A DNA stretch of 52,790 nucleotides from Bacteroidota bacterium (GCA_027485465.1 JAIXRA010000124.1:1-52790); one strand, 5' to 3'; counted from the first letter of the stretch, positions 18,102 to 29,428 are shown. Notes: generated from the sequence alone by a model not told the origin. Program-made: numbers and translations.

Positions 18102-19523
18102 ATGAGCGGTTCCTATTCAGGCGTACTCAAAGCCACAGCAGGTGTTTCCGAAAAAAACCTTTATTTGGAAAGCTACGGCTGTCAAATGAATTTTTCGGAC
18201 AGCGAAATTGTGGCTTCGGTCATGGCCGACATGGGCTACGGCGTTACCGATGAACTCGAAAGGGCCGATGTGGTCATGATCAATACGTGTTCGATTCGCG
18301 AAAATGCCGAGCAAAAAGTACGAGCCCGGCTGCAGCACTTTCGTTCGCTCAAGCGCCAAAAACCATCCCTGGTCATTGGCGTCTTGGGTTGCATGGCCGA
18401 AAGACTCAAGTCCAAATTACTGGACCAAGAGCAATTGGTGGATTTGGTCGTGGGCCCCGATGCCTACAAGGATCTGCCCGGCTTGTTGGAGCAGGTTCAA
18501 GGTGGACAGCAGGCCGTGAACGTCCTTTTGTCCCGCGAAGAAACCTATGCAGATATTGCACCCGTTCGTCTGGGTAGCAACGGTGTTACAGCCTTTGTTA
18601 CCATTATGCGTGGTTGCGATAATATGTGTTCCTTTTGTGTGGTCCCCTTTACCCGGGGAAGGGAGCGAAGCAGAGACCCCCAAAGCATTGTCGCAGAATG
18701 CCTTGAACTTTGGCAAAACGGCTACAGGGAAGTCACCCTTCTGGGCCAAAACGTGGATTCCTATCGCTGGAAATACAGCCAAGAAGGGCCGCAAAACAGC
18801 GGGTCGGAGTCCGGCGAAATTCGATTTTCGGAGCTCTTGCAATTGGTCGCCGAAATTTCCCCGGATTTGCGGGTTCGTTTTTCAACCTCCCATCCCAAGG
18901 ACATCACGGACGAGGTCTTGCATACCATGGCCCAATACCAGAATTTGTGCAAGAACATCCACCTACCGGTTCAATCCGGAAGTACAACGGTCTTGGCACG
19001 GATGAACCGAACCTATGACCGAGCTTGGTATTTGGAACGGGTGGATGCGATTCGTCGAATTCTACCCGATTGTGCCATAACCACGGATGTGATTTCAGGC
19101 TTTTGCGGTGAAACGGAAGCCGAGCACCAAGAAACATTGACGCTCATGGAGGCGGTTCGCTTCGATTCAGCCTACATGTTTGCCTACTCAGAGCGGCCAG
19201 GCACCTTGGCAGCCCGCAAATACCCGGACGATGTTCCCGAAGAAACCAAAAAGCGTCGCCTGAGCGAAATCATGGCGTTGCAGGATCGTCATTCTGTGGA
19301 AAGAAATGGTCAAGAAGAAGGACAAATCCAGGAAATTTTGATCGAGGGCTATTCCAAAAAGTCCAAGGAGGATTTTTGTGGTCGCAATTCCAGGAACAAA
19401 ATGGTGGTTTTTGGAGCGGTCCCAGGAATTTCCTTTGGCCAAACCGTTTCAGTGCGGATTTTGCGTTCCAACAAAGCGACGTTGATAGGCGAATGCCTGG
19501 TTGAATCGGAGGTTGAACTATGA
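18102..19523 (+). CDS. miaB: tRNA-i6A37 methylthiotransferase
   Basis: The UPF0004 region has [11 protein letters not shown]. The radical-SAM motif is [13 protein letters not shown]-terminal TRAM domain is present. Confidence 0.92.
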   Translation: MSGSYSGVLKATAGVSEKNLYLESYGCQMNFSDSEIVASVMADMGYGVTDELERADVVMINTCSIRENAEQKVRARLQHFRSLKRQKPSLVIGVLGCMAERLKSKLLDQEQLVDLVVGPDAYKDLPGLLEQVQGGQQAVNVLLSREETYADIAPVRLGSNGVTAFVTIMRGCDNMCSFCVVPFTRGRERSRDPQSIVAECLELWQNGYREVTLLGQNVDSYRWKYSQEGPQNSGSESGEIRFSELLQLVAEISPDLRVRFSTSHPKDITDEVLHTMAQYQNLCKNIHLPVQSGSTTVLARMNRTYDRAWYLERVDAIRRILPDCAITTDVISGFCGETEAEHQETLTLMEAVRFDSAYMFAYSERPGTLAARKYPDDVPEETKKRRLSEIMALQDRHSVERNGQEEGQIQEILIEGYSKKSKEDFCGRNSRNKMVVFGAVPGISFGQTVSVRILRSNKATLIGECLVESEVEL

Positions 19524-20296
19524 GTGTGTCAACACCTTCAGCCCAAGAACGTTATCAGCGCGAAAAAGAATACCATAACAAAGCTTTCGCCGAAGATCTT
19601 CGGCATTCGGTTGATAAATATTACGACACCATCCAGAGCAGTCGTTTGGCACACCGCCAAGCCATGACGCCCTTGGTTCCGGGCACCTTTGTCCTGGAGT
19701 ACGGTTGTGGTCCGGGGTCGGCTGCCTTTGATTTGGCCGCTCAAGGTGCCCGTGTTGTTGGGATTGATCTATCGGAGGTGGCCATCGAGCAATCAAAGGC
19801 CAAGGCTTTGGAACTAGGATTGGAGATTGATTTTCGGTGCATGAATGCCGAAAGCCTTGAATTTGAGGATAATACCTTCGACATGATCGTGGGTTCCGCG
19901 ATCCTACACCACCTGGATCTCGATAAGGCTTATGCGGAATTATCTCGCTGCCTCAAACCCGGTGGACGGGCTGTTTTTATCGAACCTACCGGCCACAATC
20001 CTTTCCTAAATCTTTACCGAAAAATGACCCCCGCTCTACGGACCGTGGATGAAAGACCCATGCGACGCCCTGATTTTGACAGAGCACAACGTTATTTTTC
20101 AAATGTCCAGGTTCGTTACTACAATATGTTAACCACGGCAGCGGTTTTGTTCCGAAGGCAGGCTTGGTTTGAGCCTCTGTTGCGCGGTTTGGACGTAATG
20201 GATCGTGGACTTTTTTGGTTGGTGCCGGGTCTCAAATATTGGGGCTGGATGGCGGTTATGGTTCTCGAAAAACAACAACGCTCAACCGGGCTGTGA
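19520..20296 (+). CDS. Class I SAM-dependent methyltransferase
   Basis: Motif I is [16 protein letters not shown], with downstream [12 protein letters not shown]. It has an ATGA overlap with miaB and a TGATG overlap with the next gene. Confidence 0.85.
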   Translation: MSVSTPSAQERYQREKEYHNKAFAEDLRHSVDKYYDTIQSSRLAHRQAMTPLVPGTFVLEYGCGPGSAAFDLAAQGARVVGIDLSEVAIEQSKAKALELGLEIDFRCMNAESLEFEDNTFDMIVGSAILHHLDLDKAYAELSRCLKPGGRAVFIEPTGHNPFLNLYRKMTPALRTVDERPMRRPDFDRAQRYFSNVQVRYYNMLTTAAVLFRRQAWFEPLLRGLDVMDRGLFWLVPGLKYWGWMAVMVLEKQQRSTGL

Positions 20297-21492
20297 TGGA
20301 ATTGCAAACCCTCAAACAACGGTTTGGCATTATCGGAAACGCCCCGACCCTGAACCATGCCCTGCGGATTGCTGAACAGGTGGCAGCCACCGATGTTTCG
20401 GTCCTCATTTTGGGTGAATCGGGGGTGGGGAAGGAGGTTTTTTCCAAAATCCTCCATCAATTATCCCATCGCAAGCACAACAAGTTCATCGCCGTTAATT
20501 GCGGGGCCATCCCCGAAGGAACCATTGATTCCGAGCTCTTTGGCCACGAAAAAGGATCCTTTACCGGGGCCCACGAAGCTCGACAGGGGTATTTTGAAAC
20601 CGTCAATGGAGGGACTATTTTTTTGGATGAAGTGGCCGAGATGCCGTTGGGAACCCAGGCTCGCCTTTTAAGGGTTTTGGAGTCGGGTGAATTTATTAAG
20701 GTGGGTTCGTCCAAGGTCCTCAAAACGGATGTTCGTTTGGTGGCTGCGACCAATGTCTCTTTGCTATCCCAAATCGGTAAAGGCAAGTTTCGCGAAGACT
20801 TGTATTATCGGATGAACACCGTGGCGATCCAAATTCCTTCTTTGCGCGATCGTCAAGAAGATATTCCCCTTTTGTTTCGAAAATTTGCCGCTGATTTTGC
20901 TGAACGGTACGCTTCGGTACCCGTGCAGTTGGACCCAGCGGCCATGCAATGGCTCTGCGATCAGCCCTGGCCCGGTAACATCCGTCAGCTCAAAAACGTA
21001 GCCGAACAAATCTGTGTTTTGGCTCCGACTCGTCGGTTGAGCGGTGACGAGGTTCTTCCGTATCTCCCGGTCAAGGAAGCGGTTCGGTCGGGTTTGCCGG
21101 CCCTTTTGGAAGGGGCAACAGAGGCCGGATCGGAATGGTCCGAGCGGGATTTGTTGTACAAGGTTTTGTTTGACCTCAAGCGAGATATGGTCGAAATGAA
21201 AAGAGCCATGGGTCAAATCATGGAAAGTGATGGGGTGGTCCATTCAGATACCATGTCATCGGTGGCGACCCCCATGGTAACCCCGGTGGTAACCCCGGCA
21301 TCTCGTTACGAAGAACATGCCGAGGTGGTGGACGTGGAAGAAAATCTATCGCTGGCCGAGGTCGAAAAGCGCATGATCGAAAGGGCGATTCGCAAATACG
21401 CCGGTCGCCGTCGTCAGGCTGCAACGGAACTGGGAATTTCAGAACGAACGCTTTATCGCAAGATCAAGGAATATGGGCTCGAAGAGGATTAA
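20296..21492 (+). CDS. Sigma-54-dependent transcriptional activator (bEBP) with AAA+ and Fis-type HTH domains only and no receiver or sensor domain
   Basis: Walker A is GESGVGKE. The sigma-54 contact loop GSFTGA lies at 20554..20571. The C-terminal HTH is AATELGISERTLYRKIKEYGL. Only about 10 residues precede the AAA+ core, which is a PspF-like layout. Confidence 0.9.
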   Translation: MELQTLKQRFGIIGNAPTLNHALRIAEQVAATDVSVLILGESGVGKEVFSKILHQLSHRKHNKFIAVNCGAIPEGTIDSELFGHEKGSFTGAHEARQGYFETVNGGTIFLDEVAEMPLGTQARLLRVLESGEFIKVGSSKVLKTDVRLVAATNVSLLSQIGKGKFREDLYYRMNTVAIQIPSLRDRQEDIPLLFRKFAADFAERYASVPVQLDPAAMQWLCDQPWPGNIRQLKNVAEQICVLAPTRRLSGDEVLPYLPVKEAVRSGLPALLEGATEAGSEWSERDLLYKVLFDLKRDMVEMKRAMGQIMESDGVVHSDTMSSVATPMVTPVVTPASRYEEHAEVVDVEENLSLAEVEKRMIERAIRKYAGRRRQAATELGISERTLYRKIKEYGLEED

Positions 21493-21994
21493 ACCATTCT
21501 TGGGCCTTCTGGGCCTCCTTTTCGGCTTTTTGCCGGTCTCTTGCGGGGTTTATACCTTCAGCGGGGCCTCGGTGCCAGCCGAAGTACGAACGGTGCACAT
21601 TGCCCAAATGCGGAACAATGCCTCCTTGGTGATGCCTTCGTTGAGCCAACAATTGTCCGACGCCTTTCGGGACAAATGCTTGGCCGAGACCAATCTTCGG
21701 TTGGGAGCGCTGGGTCAGTCCGATTGGGAATTCACCGGGGAAATTTTGGATTATGGGGTGAGCGCTGCCGCGGTATCGGGTCGGGAAACCACCAGCCTCA
21801 ATCGCTTAACGGTGGTATGGCGCTTACGATTTCGGTCTTTGTCCAATCCCAAAGCGGGTTGGGAACAGCGGCTGGTTCGTTATGCTGATTTTGATGCGGG
21901 GACGCCCTTCCAATCGATCGAAAACCAATTGGTGGAACAAATCGTGCGTCAATTGGTGGACGATGCCTTCAACAAAGCCTTTATCAACTGGTAA
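21473..21994 (+). CDS. LptE-like lipoprotein (LPS-assembly lipoprotein family, tentative)
   Basis: The lipobox is FLPVSCG. The size, the N-terminal pattern CGVYTFSGASVP...V.I..M.N.A and the position after the sigma-54 activator match my recollection of the Bacteroidota LptE family. Confidence 0.55.
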   Translation: MGSKRIKPFLGLLGLLFGFLPVSCGVYTFSGASVPAEVRTVHIAQMRNNASLVMPSLSQQLSDAFRDKCLAETNLRLGALGQSDWEFTGEILDYGVSAAAVSGRETTSLNRLTVVWRLRFRSLSNPKAGWEQRLVRYADFDAGTPFQSIENQLVEQIVRQLVDDAFNKAFINW

Positions 21995-21996
21995 GT

Positions 21997-22686
21997 ATGG
22001 ACCAGCGTTTGTTGCTCAATGGGGTCCAGGACCCCGAGCGTCTCGAAGGGGTTTCCGGGGATGAATTGGAGCAGTTACTCCAAACGTTGCCGGCCTTTGA
22101 AGCAGGTCAATTGCTCAACCTGCGGCGCTTGAAGGCCAACCATTCCTCGCGTTTGCCGATGGTCACGGATCGAACAGCCGCTGCCGCGGCCCAAGGTCAA
22201 TGGGTGTACCGTGCGCTGAATCCAACCGTGGCCCTGGAGCCCGAATTGGTGGAAACCTCGTTCGAAGCAATTCCTCCGAGTCGCTTGGCCTGGTTTGAAA
22301 AATTATCAGGTCTGGACTCCGAATCAGAAGAAGAAGATCTTTTGGCGATGGGCTATGCAGAAGCCTTGGCGGGGGATCTTTTGGAAGCGGATGCGACGTT
22401 GGATGCCTGGTTTGCAGGGTCGCTTGCGGATGAGCGAATACCCGCGGTGACGGTTCCCATGCCTAGTGAAAAAGCATCGCCTGGAACCGACCCAATAAGG
22501 GATTTAGCCGCCCTCAGTCTGAACATGAACGAGATTCCGGTGTCGGAGTCTTTGGCGGAACTCCATCTCCGGCAGGGACAACGGCAAAGGGCCGCGCAGA
22601 TTTATCGCAAATTGATGCTCCGATTTCCGGCTAAAACGACTTATTTTGCGGCCCGCTTGGAGCAGATACAATCCGACAACGAATAA
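21997..22686 (+). CDS. Acidic hypothetical protein with a TPR-like C-terminal helix pair
   Basis: The ORF has codon-usage-like periodicity and tight spacing inside the operon. The C-terminus is SLAELHLRQGQRQRAAQIYRKLMLRFPAKTTYFAARLEQI. No enzymatic motif is visible. Confidence 0.6.
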   Translation: MDQRLLLNGVQDPERLEGVSGDELEQLLQTLPAFEAGQLLNLRRLKANHSSRLPMVTDRTAAAAAQGQWVYRALNPTVALEPELVETSFEAIPPSRLAWFEKLSGLDSESEEEDLLAMGYAEALAGDLLEADATLDAWFAGSLADERIPAVTVPMPSEKASPGTDPIRDLAALSLNMNEIPVSESLAELHLRQGQRQRAAQIYRKLMLRFPAKTTYFAARLEQIQSDNE

Positions 22687-22702
22687 AAGAACCCCCTAAC
22701 CC

Positions 22703-23074
22703 ATGTACACCTTCATTACATTGCTTATTGTCCTGGTCAGTGTTCTACTGATTCTTTTGGTTTTGATTCAAAAACCCAAAGGCGGGGGATTGGCCCAAGG
22801 ATTTTCATCGACCAACCAGATCATGGGCGTCAAGCGCACCTCCGATGTGGTTGAGCGCGGTACTTGGATTCTCAGTCTGAGTCTTTTGACGTTGGCTTTG
22901 CTGATTAACCTGTGGATTCCACGTGGGGAAGAAGTCGAGCAGGGTGCAGCCACTCGTTTGGAGGAAAAAGTCTTGGAGGCCCCGGCAACTCCGGCTCCTG
23001 CCGGCGCGCCTAGCAGTTCATCCCCAGGTGCTTCCCAGAACACCCCCGCCAAAACCGGGGATACGGCGCAGTAA
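22703..23074 (+). CDS. secG: Preprotein translocase subunit SecG
   Basis: Has an N-terminal TM helix, the LIQKPKGGGL signature, a second TM helix and a Pro/Ala/Ser-rich tail. Confidence 0.85.
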   Translation: MYTFITLLIVLVSVLLILLVLIQKPKGGGLAQGFSSTNQIMGVKRTSDVVERGTWILSLSLLTLALLINLWIPRGEEVEQGAATRLEEKVLEAPATPAPAGAPSSSSPGASQNTPAKTGDTAQ

Positions 23075-23134
23075 GTCAGCCATTGCAAGGGGTCGTACCC
23101 CCTGGGATTCCGCTTTTCTTTCCGAGGACTTTGG

Positions 23135-23183
23135 CATTTTGTCACGGCCTTACGGAGAATTTGTCAGAGAAACTGACAAAATG
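23135..23183. promoter_or_regulatory. Nested inverted repeats built on CATTTTGTCA, a candidate enhancer (UAS) or alternative RNA hairpins
   Basis: CATTTTGTCA at 23135..23144 has its exact reverse complement TGACAAAATG at 23174..23183. The inner tight dyad is TTTGTCAG-agaaa-CTGACAAA at 23160..23180, an 8-bp stem. Confidence 0.45.
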
Positions 23184-23230
23184 CTTGTTGGATCGTTGGT
23201 TTTTATTGCTTCGTTTGTTGTTTATGGTAT

Positions 23231-23246
23231 TGGCATAGATTTTGCA
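23231..23246 (+). promoter_or_regulatory. Candidate sigma-54 promoter TGGCATAGATTTTGCA (-24 TGGCA, -12 TTGCA, canonical spacing)
   Basis: It aligns to TGGCACG-N4-TTGCW with 10 of 12 specified positions matching and exact GG-to-GC spacing. It lies 33 nt upstream of the groES ATG. Confidence 0.5.
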
Positions 23247-23278
23247 CAGGTTAGTTCAAAACCTAAATATTCAAAACC

Positions 23279-23557
23279 ATGTCAAGCAAAATCACACCAA
23301 TTGCCGACCGAGTTCTGGTAGAGCCTTCGCCTGCCGAGGAGAAAACCGCCGGAGGGATTATTATCCCTGATACCGCCAAAGAAAAGCCACAGCGTGGTAC
23401 CGTTGTTGCTGTTGGGCAGGGCAAAAAAGATGAGCCCATGACCGTTAAGGCTGGTCAGACTATTTTGTACGGCAAGTATTCAGGTACCGAGGTTCAACTC
23501 GATGGCAAGGATTACCTGATTATGCGGGAATCCGATATCATGGCGATTCTGGGCTAA
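23279..23557 (+). CDS. groES: Co-chaperonin GroES
   Basis: Motifs [25 protein letters not shown] and VGQG; 92 aa. Confidence 0.97.
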   Translation: MSSKITPIADRVLVEPSPAEEKTAGGIIIPDTAKEKPQRGTVVAVGQGKKDEPMTVKAGQTILYGKYSGTEVQLDGKDYLIMRESDIMAILG

Positions 23558-23602
23558 TCTCATCGACTAACATTCAATTCCAAAAACCCAATAAACCAAT
23601 AA

Positions 23603-25240
<1,638 letters not shown>

Positions 25241-25255
25241 GATGTTCCGATAAAG

Positions 25256-25283
25256 CCCCGACCCGCAAGGGTCGGGGTTTTTT
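25256..25283 (+). terminator. Rho-independent terminator after groEL
   Basis: CCCCGACCC-GCAA-GGGTCGGGG followed by TTTTTTGTTTTT. Confidence 0.85.
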
Positions 25284-25305
25284 GTTTTTGGGCGGTTTTC
25301 GCCCG

Positions 25306-25313
25306 TAAATTTG
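25306..25313 (+). promoter_or_regulatory. -7 box TAAATTTG (TAnnTTTG) for the sdh operon
   Basis: Exact consensus match 14 nt upstream of the sdhC ATG. Confidence 0.45.
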
Positions 25314-25327
25314 CACAAACCCCTGGT

Positions 25328-26023
25328 ATGAGTCCCATCAAACTATTTTTGCTTTCTTCCAACGGCCGCAAGACGGTTATGGCCCTGACTGGTTTGTTTT
25401 TGATTTTGTTTTTGGTGGTGCATCTGGCCGGAAACCTTCAACTCTTGGTGCCTGATCAGGGTCGTTCGTTCAATGAATATTCCCATTTCATGAGCCATAG
25501 CTTGTTGATCCAAACGGTCTCCAAGTTGAATTTTGCCTTTATTATCCTACACGTTTTGTACAGCCTTTGGCTGACCAAGCAGGCCAATGCAGCCCGCCCT
25601 GTTGGCTATCAGGGCCGACCAGCAAAGGAAATGACCACATGGTCCTCTCGTAATATGGGGATTTTGGGGACCCTGGTTTTGGCCTTTTTGTTGGTGCACC
25701 TCAAGGGATTTTGGTTCGAACTCAAATTTGGGGAAGTACCTGTTGTCCTCTATCCCGGTGCGGAAGAGTCCTTGCCGGATGCTTTTCGAGTCGTATCCGA
25801 GGCCTATGCCAACCCGATGTATGCTTTGTTTTATGTGTTAAGCATGGTGGCAGTCGGCTTTCACCTTTACCACGGCTTCCAAAGCGCCTTCCACACCTTG
25901 GGCCTTAGCAATTACCGCTACAAGCCTATGATTCGAACCGTGGGGACTCTTTTTGCCGTGGCTGTCCCAGCCCTGTTTGCGTTGATTCCGGTGGTCATGT
26001 ACCTCCAAAAAGCCGGATACTAA
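25328..26023 (+). CDS. sdhC: Succinate dehydrogenase/fumarate reductase cytochrome b subunit (Bacteroidota type)
   Basis: A 231-aa polytopic membrane protein with conserved His residues, sitting directly upstream of the flavoprotein and Fe-S subunits. Confidence 0.85.
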   Translation: MSPIKLFLLSSNGRKTVMALTGLFLILFLVVHLAGNLQLLVPDQGRSFNEYSHFMSHSLLIQTVSKLNFAFIILHVLYSLWLTKQANAARPVGYQGRPAKEMTTWSSRNMGILGTLVLAFLLVHLKGFWFELKFGEVPVVLYPGAEESLPDAFRVVSEAYANPMYALFYVLSMVAVGFHLYHGFQSAFHTLGLSNYRYKPMIRTVGTLFAVAVPALFALIPVVMYLQKAGY

Positions 26024-26061
26024 ATCAAGCCCTGAACCCTTCGCCTCTTAACTAGACCCCC

Positions 26062-27999
26062 ATGAAATTGGACTCCAAAATACCGGAAGGAACGCTGCAA
26101 GAACGCTGGACCCGTTACCGTTCAACCGTACCCCTGGTTTCTCCTGCGAACAAGCGCAAAATGGAAATTATTGTGGTGGGAACCGGCCTGGCCGGGGCAT
26201 CGGCTGCGGCCTCCCTGGCCGAGTTGGGTTACAAGGTGAAGGCCTTTTGTTTCCAGGATTCACCTCGTAGGGCCCATAGCATTGCCGCTCAAGGTGGTAT
26301 CAATGCAGCCAAAAACTACCAAAACGACGGGGACTCCGTCTATCGCTTGTTCTATGATACCATCAAAGGCGGGGATTACCGGGCCCGCGAAGCCAACGTT
26401 CATCGTCTAGCCGAAGTCAGTGCCTCCATCATTGATCAATGCGTCGCGCAGGGTGTGCCTTTTGCCAGGGATTACGGTGGAATGTTGGACAACCGTTCCT
26501 TTGGAGGTACCCAAGTTTCCCGTACATTTTATGCCCGCGGTCAAACCGGGCAGCAGTTGTTGTTGGGGGCTTATTCGGCCCTGAATCGACAAATTGCTAA
26601 AAAGCAAGTGACCATGTACAGCCGCCACGAAATGGTGGAATTGGTCACTGTGGATGGCAAAGCCAAGGGTATCATTGCCAAGAACTTGGTTACCGGGGAG
26701 CTCGAAAGGCATTCGGCCCATGCAGTGGTTTTGGCCTCCGGAGGTTATGGTAATGTCTTTTACCTCTCCACCAACGCCATGGGTTCCAATGTGACCGCCG
26801 CTTGGAAAGCCCACCGTCACGGGGCTTTGTTTGGGAACCCTTGTTTTACCCAAATTCATCCCACCTGTCTTCCTCAATCCGGGGAGTATCAATCCAAATT
26901 GACCCTCATGTCCGAGTCCTTGCGAAACGATGGACGGGTATGGGTGCCGGCGATCAAAGAAGATGCGCTGGCCGTGCGTGAAGGACGTCTCAAGGCGGGT
27001 GATATTCCCGAGGACCGTCGTGATTATTATTTGGAACGCAAATACCCGGCCTTTGGAAACCTGGTTCCCCGGGATGTGGCCTCTAGAGCAGCCAAGGAAG
27101 TCTGCGATGCTGGTCACGGTGTCGCACCCACGGGGTTGGCGGTGTTTTTGGATTTCGAAGATTCCATCCGCCGTTTGGGTCGTAACACGATTTCGGCTCG
27201 CTACGGGAATCTCTTTGAGATGTACGAAAAAATCACCGGGGATAATCCCTACGAGACTCCCATGAAGATTTACCCGGCCGTGCATTATACCATGGGTGGA
27301 TTGTGGGTCGATTACGATTTGATGACCACGGTTCCTGGGCTTTACGCCATCGGTGAAGCCAATTTTTCGGATCACGGGGCCAATCGTTTGGGTGCCTCGG
27401 CTTTGATGCAAGGCTTGGCCGATGGGTATTTTGTTTTGCCCTATACCATTGGTTCTTATTTGTCTTCGGAAATTCGGCATGCGGCTCCTTCAACGGAGGA
27501 CCCCGCCTTTGTTGAGGCCGAACAAAGAGCTCTTGCCTATCAACAAAAAATCCTAGGCATCCAAGGACGTCGTTCACCGGAATCCTTTCATCGTGAATTG
27601 GGCAAAATCATGTGGGAATATTGCGGGATGGCCCGCAGTCGGGATGGCCTAACCCATGCCCTGGGTTTGATTGACCAATTGCACAAAGATTTTTGGTCCG
27701 ATGTGCGGGTCAGCGGTACCCTGGCTTCTTTTAACCCTGAATTGGATAAGGCCCAGCGGGTGGCCGATTTCATCGAATTAGGCCGCCTCATGGTCTGCGA
27801 TGCCTTGGCCCGTGAAGAATCCTGCGGTGGTCATTTTCGTGTTGAACATCAAACCCCCGAAGGGGAGGCCCTGCGTCATGACGACAACTTTGCCTATGTG
27901 GCTGCATGGGAATACACCGGGGCTTTGAATGAACCGGTCATGCACCGCGAAGACCTGGTTTTTGAAGCCGCTCACCCTACGCAGCGATCTTACAAATAG
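26062..27999 (+). CDS. sdhA: Succinate dehydrogenase/fumarate reductase flavoprotein subunit
   Basis: The FAD-binding motif is [24 protein letters not shown] contains the FAD-linking His. HYTMGG is also present. Confidence 0.96.
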   Translation: MKLDSKIPEGTLQERWTRYRSTVPLVSPANKRKMEIIVVGTGLAGASAAASLAELGYKVKAFCFQDSPRRAHSIAAQGGINAAKNYQNDGDSVYRLFYDTIKGGDYRAREANVHRLAEVSASIIDQCVAQGVPFARDYGGMLDNRSFGGTQVSRTFYARGQTGQQLLLGAYSALNRQIAKKQVTMYSRHEMVELVTVDGKAKGIIAKNLVTGELERHSAHAVVLASGGYGNVFYLSTNAMGSNVTAAWKAHRHGALFGNPCFTQIHPTCLPQSGEYQSKLTLMSESLRNDGRVWVPAIKEDALAVREGRLKAGDIPEDRRDYYLERKYPAFGNLVPRDVASRAAKEVCDAGHGVAPTGLAVFLDFEDSIRRLGRNTISARYGNLFEMYEKITGDNPYETPMKIYPAVHYTMGGLWVDYDLMTTVPGLYAIGEANFSDHGANRLGASALMQGLADGYFVLPYTIGSYLSSEIRHAAPSTEDPAFVEAEQRALAYQQKILGIQGRRSPESFHRELGKIMWEYCGMARSRDGLTHALGLIDQLHKDFWSDVRVSGTLASFNPELDKAQRVADFIELGRLMVCDALAREESCGGHFRVEHQTPEGEALRHDDNFAYVAAWEYTGALNEPVMHREDLVFEAAHPTQRSYK

Positions 28000-28031
28000 T
28001 ATCCACTCCCATCAACCCCTTCTTGTCCGCA

Positions 28032-28826
28032 ATGGAATCTACTTCGCTCAATCTACGCCTCCAGGTTTGGAGACAACCCTCCACCCAAGCGTCCGGGAAA
28101 TTTGAAACCTACGAACTGCCTTCGGTTCCGGTCCATGCTTCCTTTTTGGAAATGTTGGATCTGCTCAACGAGCAATTGATCACCGAGGGCCGCGAACCGG
28201 TGGCCTTCGACCACGATTGCCGGGAGGGCATTTGTGGAATGTGCAGCCTCTACATCAACGGCCGTGCCCACGGTCCTCAGCAAGGGACCACCACTTGTCA
28301 ATTGCATATGCGTCATTTCGAGGACGGGGAAACCATTACGATCGAACCATTTCGAGCCAAGGCTTTTCCCGTGGTTCGGGATTTGGTGGTGAACCGTTCG
28401 GCCTTTGATCGTATTCAGCAGGCCGGAGGGTATATCACCGTAAATACGGGCAACGCCCCCGATGGGAATGCTGTTCCCATTCCCAAAACAGATGCCGACG
28501 AGGCCTTTGCAGCAGCGGCATGCATTGGATGTGGGGCCTGCGTAGCTGCTTGCAAAAATGCCTCGGCGATGCTCTTTGTTTCCGCCAAGGTTTCGCAGTA
28601 TGCCTTGTTGCCTCAAGGGCAGCCCGAGCATCGCGAAAGGGTTCTTTCGATGGTGCAGGCCATGGATGAGGAAGGTTTTGGGCATTGCACGAACACCGGA
28701 GCCTGCGAAGCGGAATGCCCCAAAGGAATTTCGGTGGAGAACATTGCCCGTTTGAATCGTTCCTACCTGGGGGCCCAATTCAGTGGTGGTGGCCATGCGG
28801 CCGGTGGCGGTTCTTCCATGGCCTAA
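28032..28826 (+). CDS. sdhB: Succinate dehydrogenase/fumarate reductase iron-sulfur subunit
   Basis: Cluster motifs [22 protein letters not shown] and [12 protein letters not shown]. The ATG at 28032 is preferred over the TTG at 28023. Confidence 0.95.
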   Translation: MESTSLNLRLQVWRQPSTQASGKFETYELPSVPVHASFLEMLDLLNEQLITEGREPVAFDHDCREGICGMCSLYINGRAHGPQQGTTTCQLHMRHFEDGETITIEPFRAKAFPVVRDLVVNRSAFDRIQQAGGYITVNTGNAPDGNAVPIPKTDADEAFAAAACIGCGACVAACKNASAMLFVSAKVSQYALLPQGQPEHRERVLSMVQAMDEEGFGHCTNTGACEAECPKGISVENIARLNRSYLGAQFSGGGHAAGGGSSMA

Positions 28827-28837
28827 GCCTGATTTTT

Positions 28838-29428
28838 GTGTTCACTGGCATTGTCGAAGCGACGGGTACGCTCCGATCCCGAACCATGGAGGGGACCAAC
28901 CTGGTTCTCACGTTTGAATCCAATATCAGCAGCGAACTCAAGGTTGACCAAAGTCTCGCTCACCAAGGAGTCTGCCTGACCGTGGTGGCCTGCGATGACC
29001 GTGGTCATCGGGTGGTGGCGGTTCAGGAAACCTTGGACCGTAGCACGTTGGGAAATCTCAAAGTGGGGGATCGAGTCAACTTGGAACGCTGCCTACGAGT
29101 GGGGGATCGATTGGACGGCCATTGGGTCCAAGGTCACGTGGATGCGACCGGGCTTTGTATCCGTAAAGAATCCAGAGACGGCAGTTGGACTTTTGCTTTC
29201 TCTTTTCCAGCAGAACATCAACCCCTGTTGGTGCCCAAAGGTTCTGTCACCGTCAACGGTGTTTCACTGACCGTCGTGGAGGTGGGGGAAGGGACTTTTT
29301 CGGTGGCGGTTATTCCTTACACCTTTGAGCATACCACCCTCGGTGAATTGGAAGAGGGGCAAGGAGTCAACCTAGAATTTGATATCCTAGGCAAGTATTT
29401 CCTCCAACATATCAAAAGCCGTTCCTAG
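28838..29428 (+). CDS. ribE: Riboflavin synthase
   Basis: The protein begins (GTG)FTGIVEATG. It has a duplicated lumazine-binding repeat (GVCLTVV and GVSLTVV) and GHWVQGHVD. The GTG start at 28838 gives 196 aa, and the upstream part of the track ORF overlaps sdhB. Confidence 0.9.
   Translation: MFTGIVEATGTLRSRTMEGTNLVLTFESNISSELKVDQSLAHQGVCLTVVACDDRGHRVVAVQETLDRSTLGNLKVGDRVNLERCLRVGDRLDGHWVQGHVDATGLCIRKESRDGSWTFAFSFPAEHQPLLVPKGSVTVNGVSLTVVEVGEGTFSVAVIPYTFEHTTLGELEEGQGVNLEFDILGKYFLQHIKSRS

Noticed and set aside
23131-23146. Second TTGGCAT motif (TTGGCATTTTGTCAC) considered as another sigma-54 promoter
   Set aside because: No TTGC element lies at the required distance from the GG, so the spacing fails. 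I treat it as part of the upstream inverted repeat instead.
23075-23278. Search for a CIRCE element (TTAGCACTC-N9-GAGTGCTAA) upstream of groES
   Set aside because: No match or near-match is present on either strand.
22923-23321. 132-aa ORF spanning the secG 3' end, the intergenic region and the groES 5' end. This includes the 46-aa hydrophobic sub-ORF starting at the ATG at 23181.
   Set aside because: It is out of frame with both flanking genes and crosses the likely promoter. A leader-peptide role for the short ORF cannot be excluded, but nothing specific supports it.
25256-25283. The groEL and rluA-family terminators (the latter at 50692..50709) share the core ACCCGCAAGGGT, considered as a possible REP-like repeat family
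   Set aside because: There are only two copies. Both are in classic terminator positions with GCAA tetraloops and T-tracts, and the flanks are unrelated.
26407-27480. 357-aa ORF antisense to sdhA. The same applies to 28053..28796 antisense to sdhB and 41716..42387 antisense to fbp.
   Set aside because: These are shadow ORFs opposite strongly conserved enzymes, with no motifs and no independent start or stop context.
28685-28837. Long N-terminal extensions in the ORF track, for example ribE from 28685, the sigma-54 activator from 20215, the esterase from 5269, fbp from 41569, purB from 31821 and marR from 12955
   Set aside because: The extensions overlap the preceding gene or lack similarity to family N-termini. 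Internal starts reproduce canonical N-termini: (GTG)FTGIVE for rib[13 protein letters not shown] for fbp, and MSTNS...LSPLDGRY for purB.
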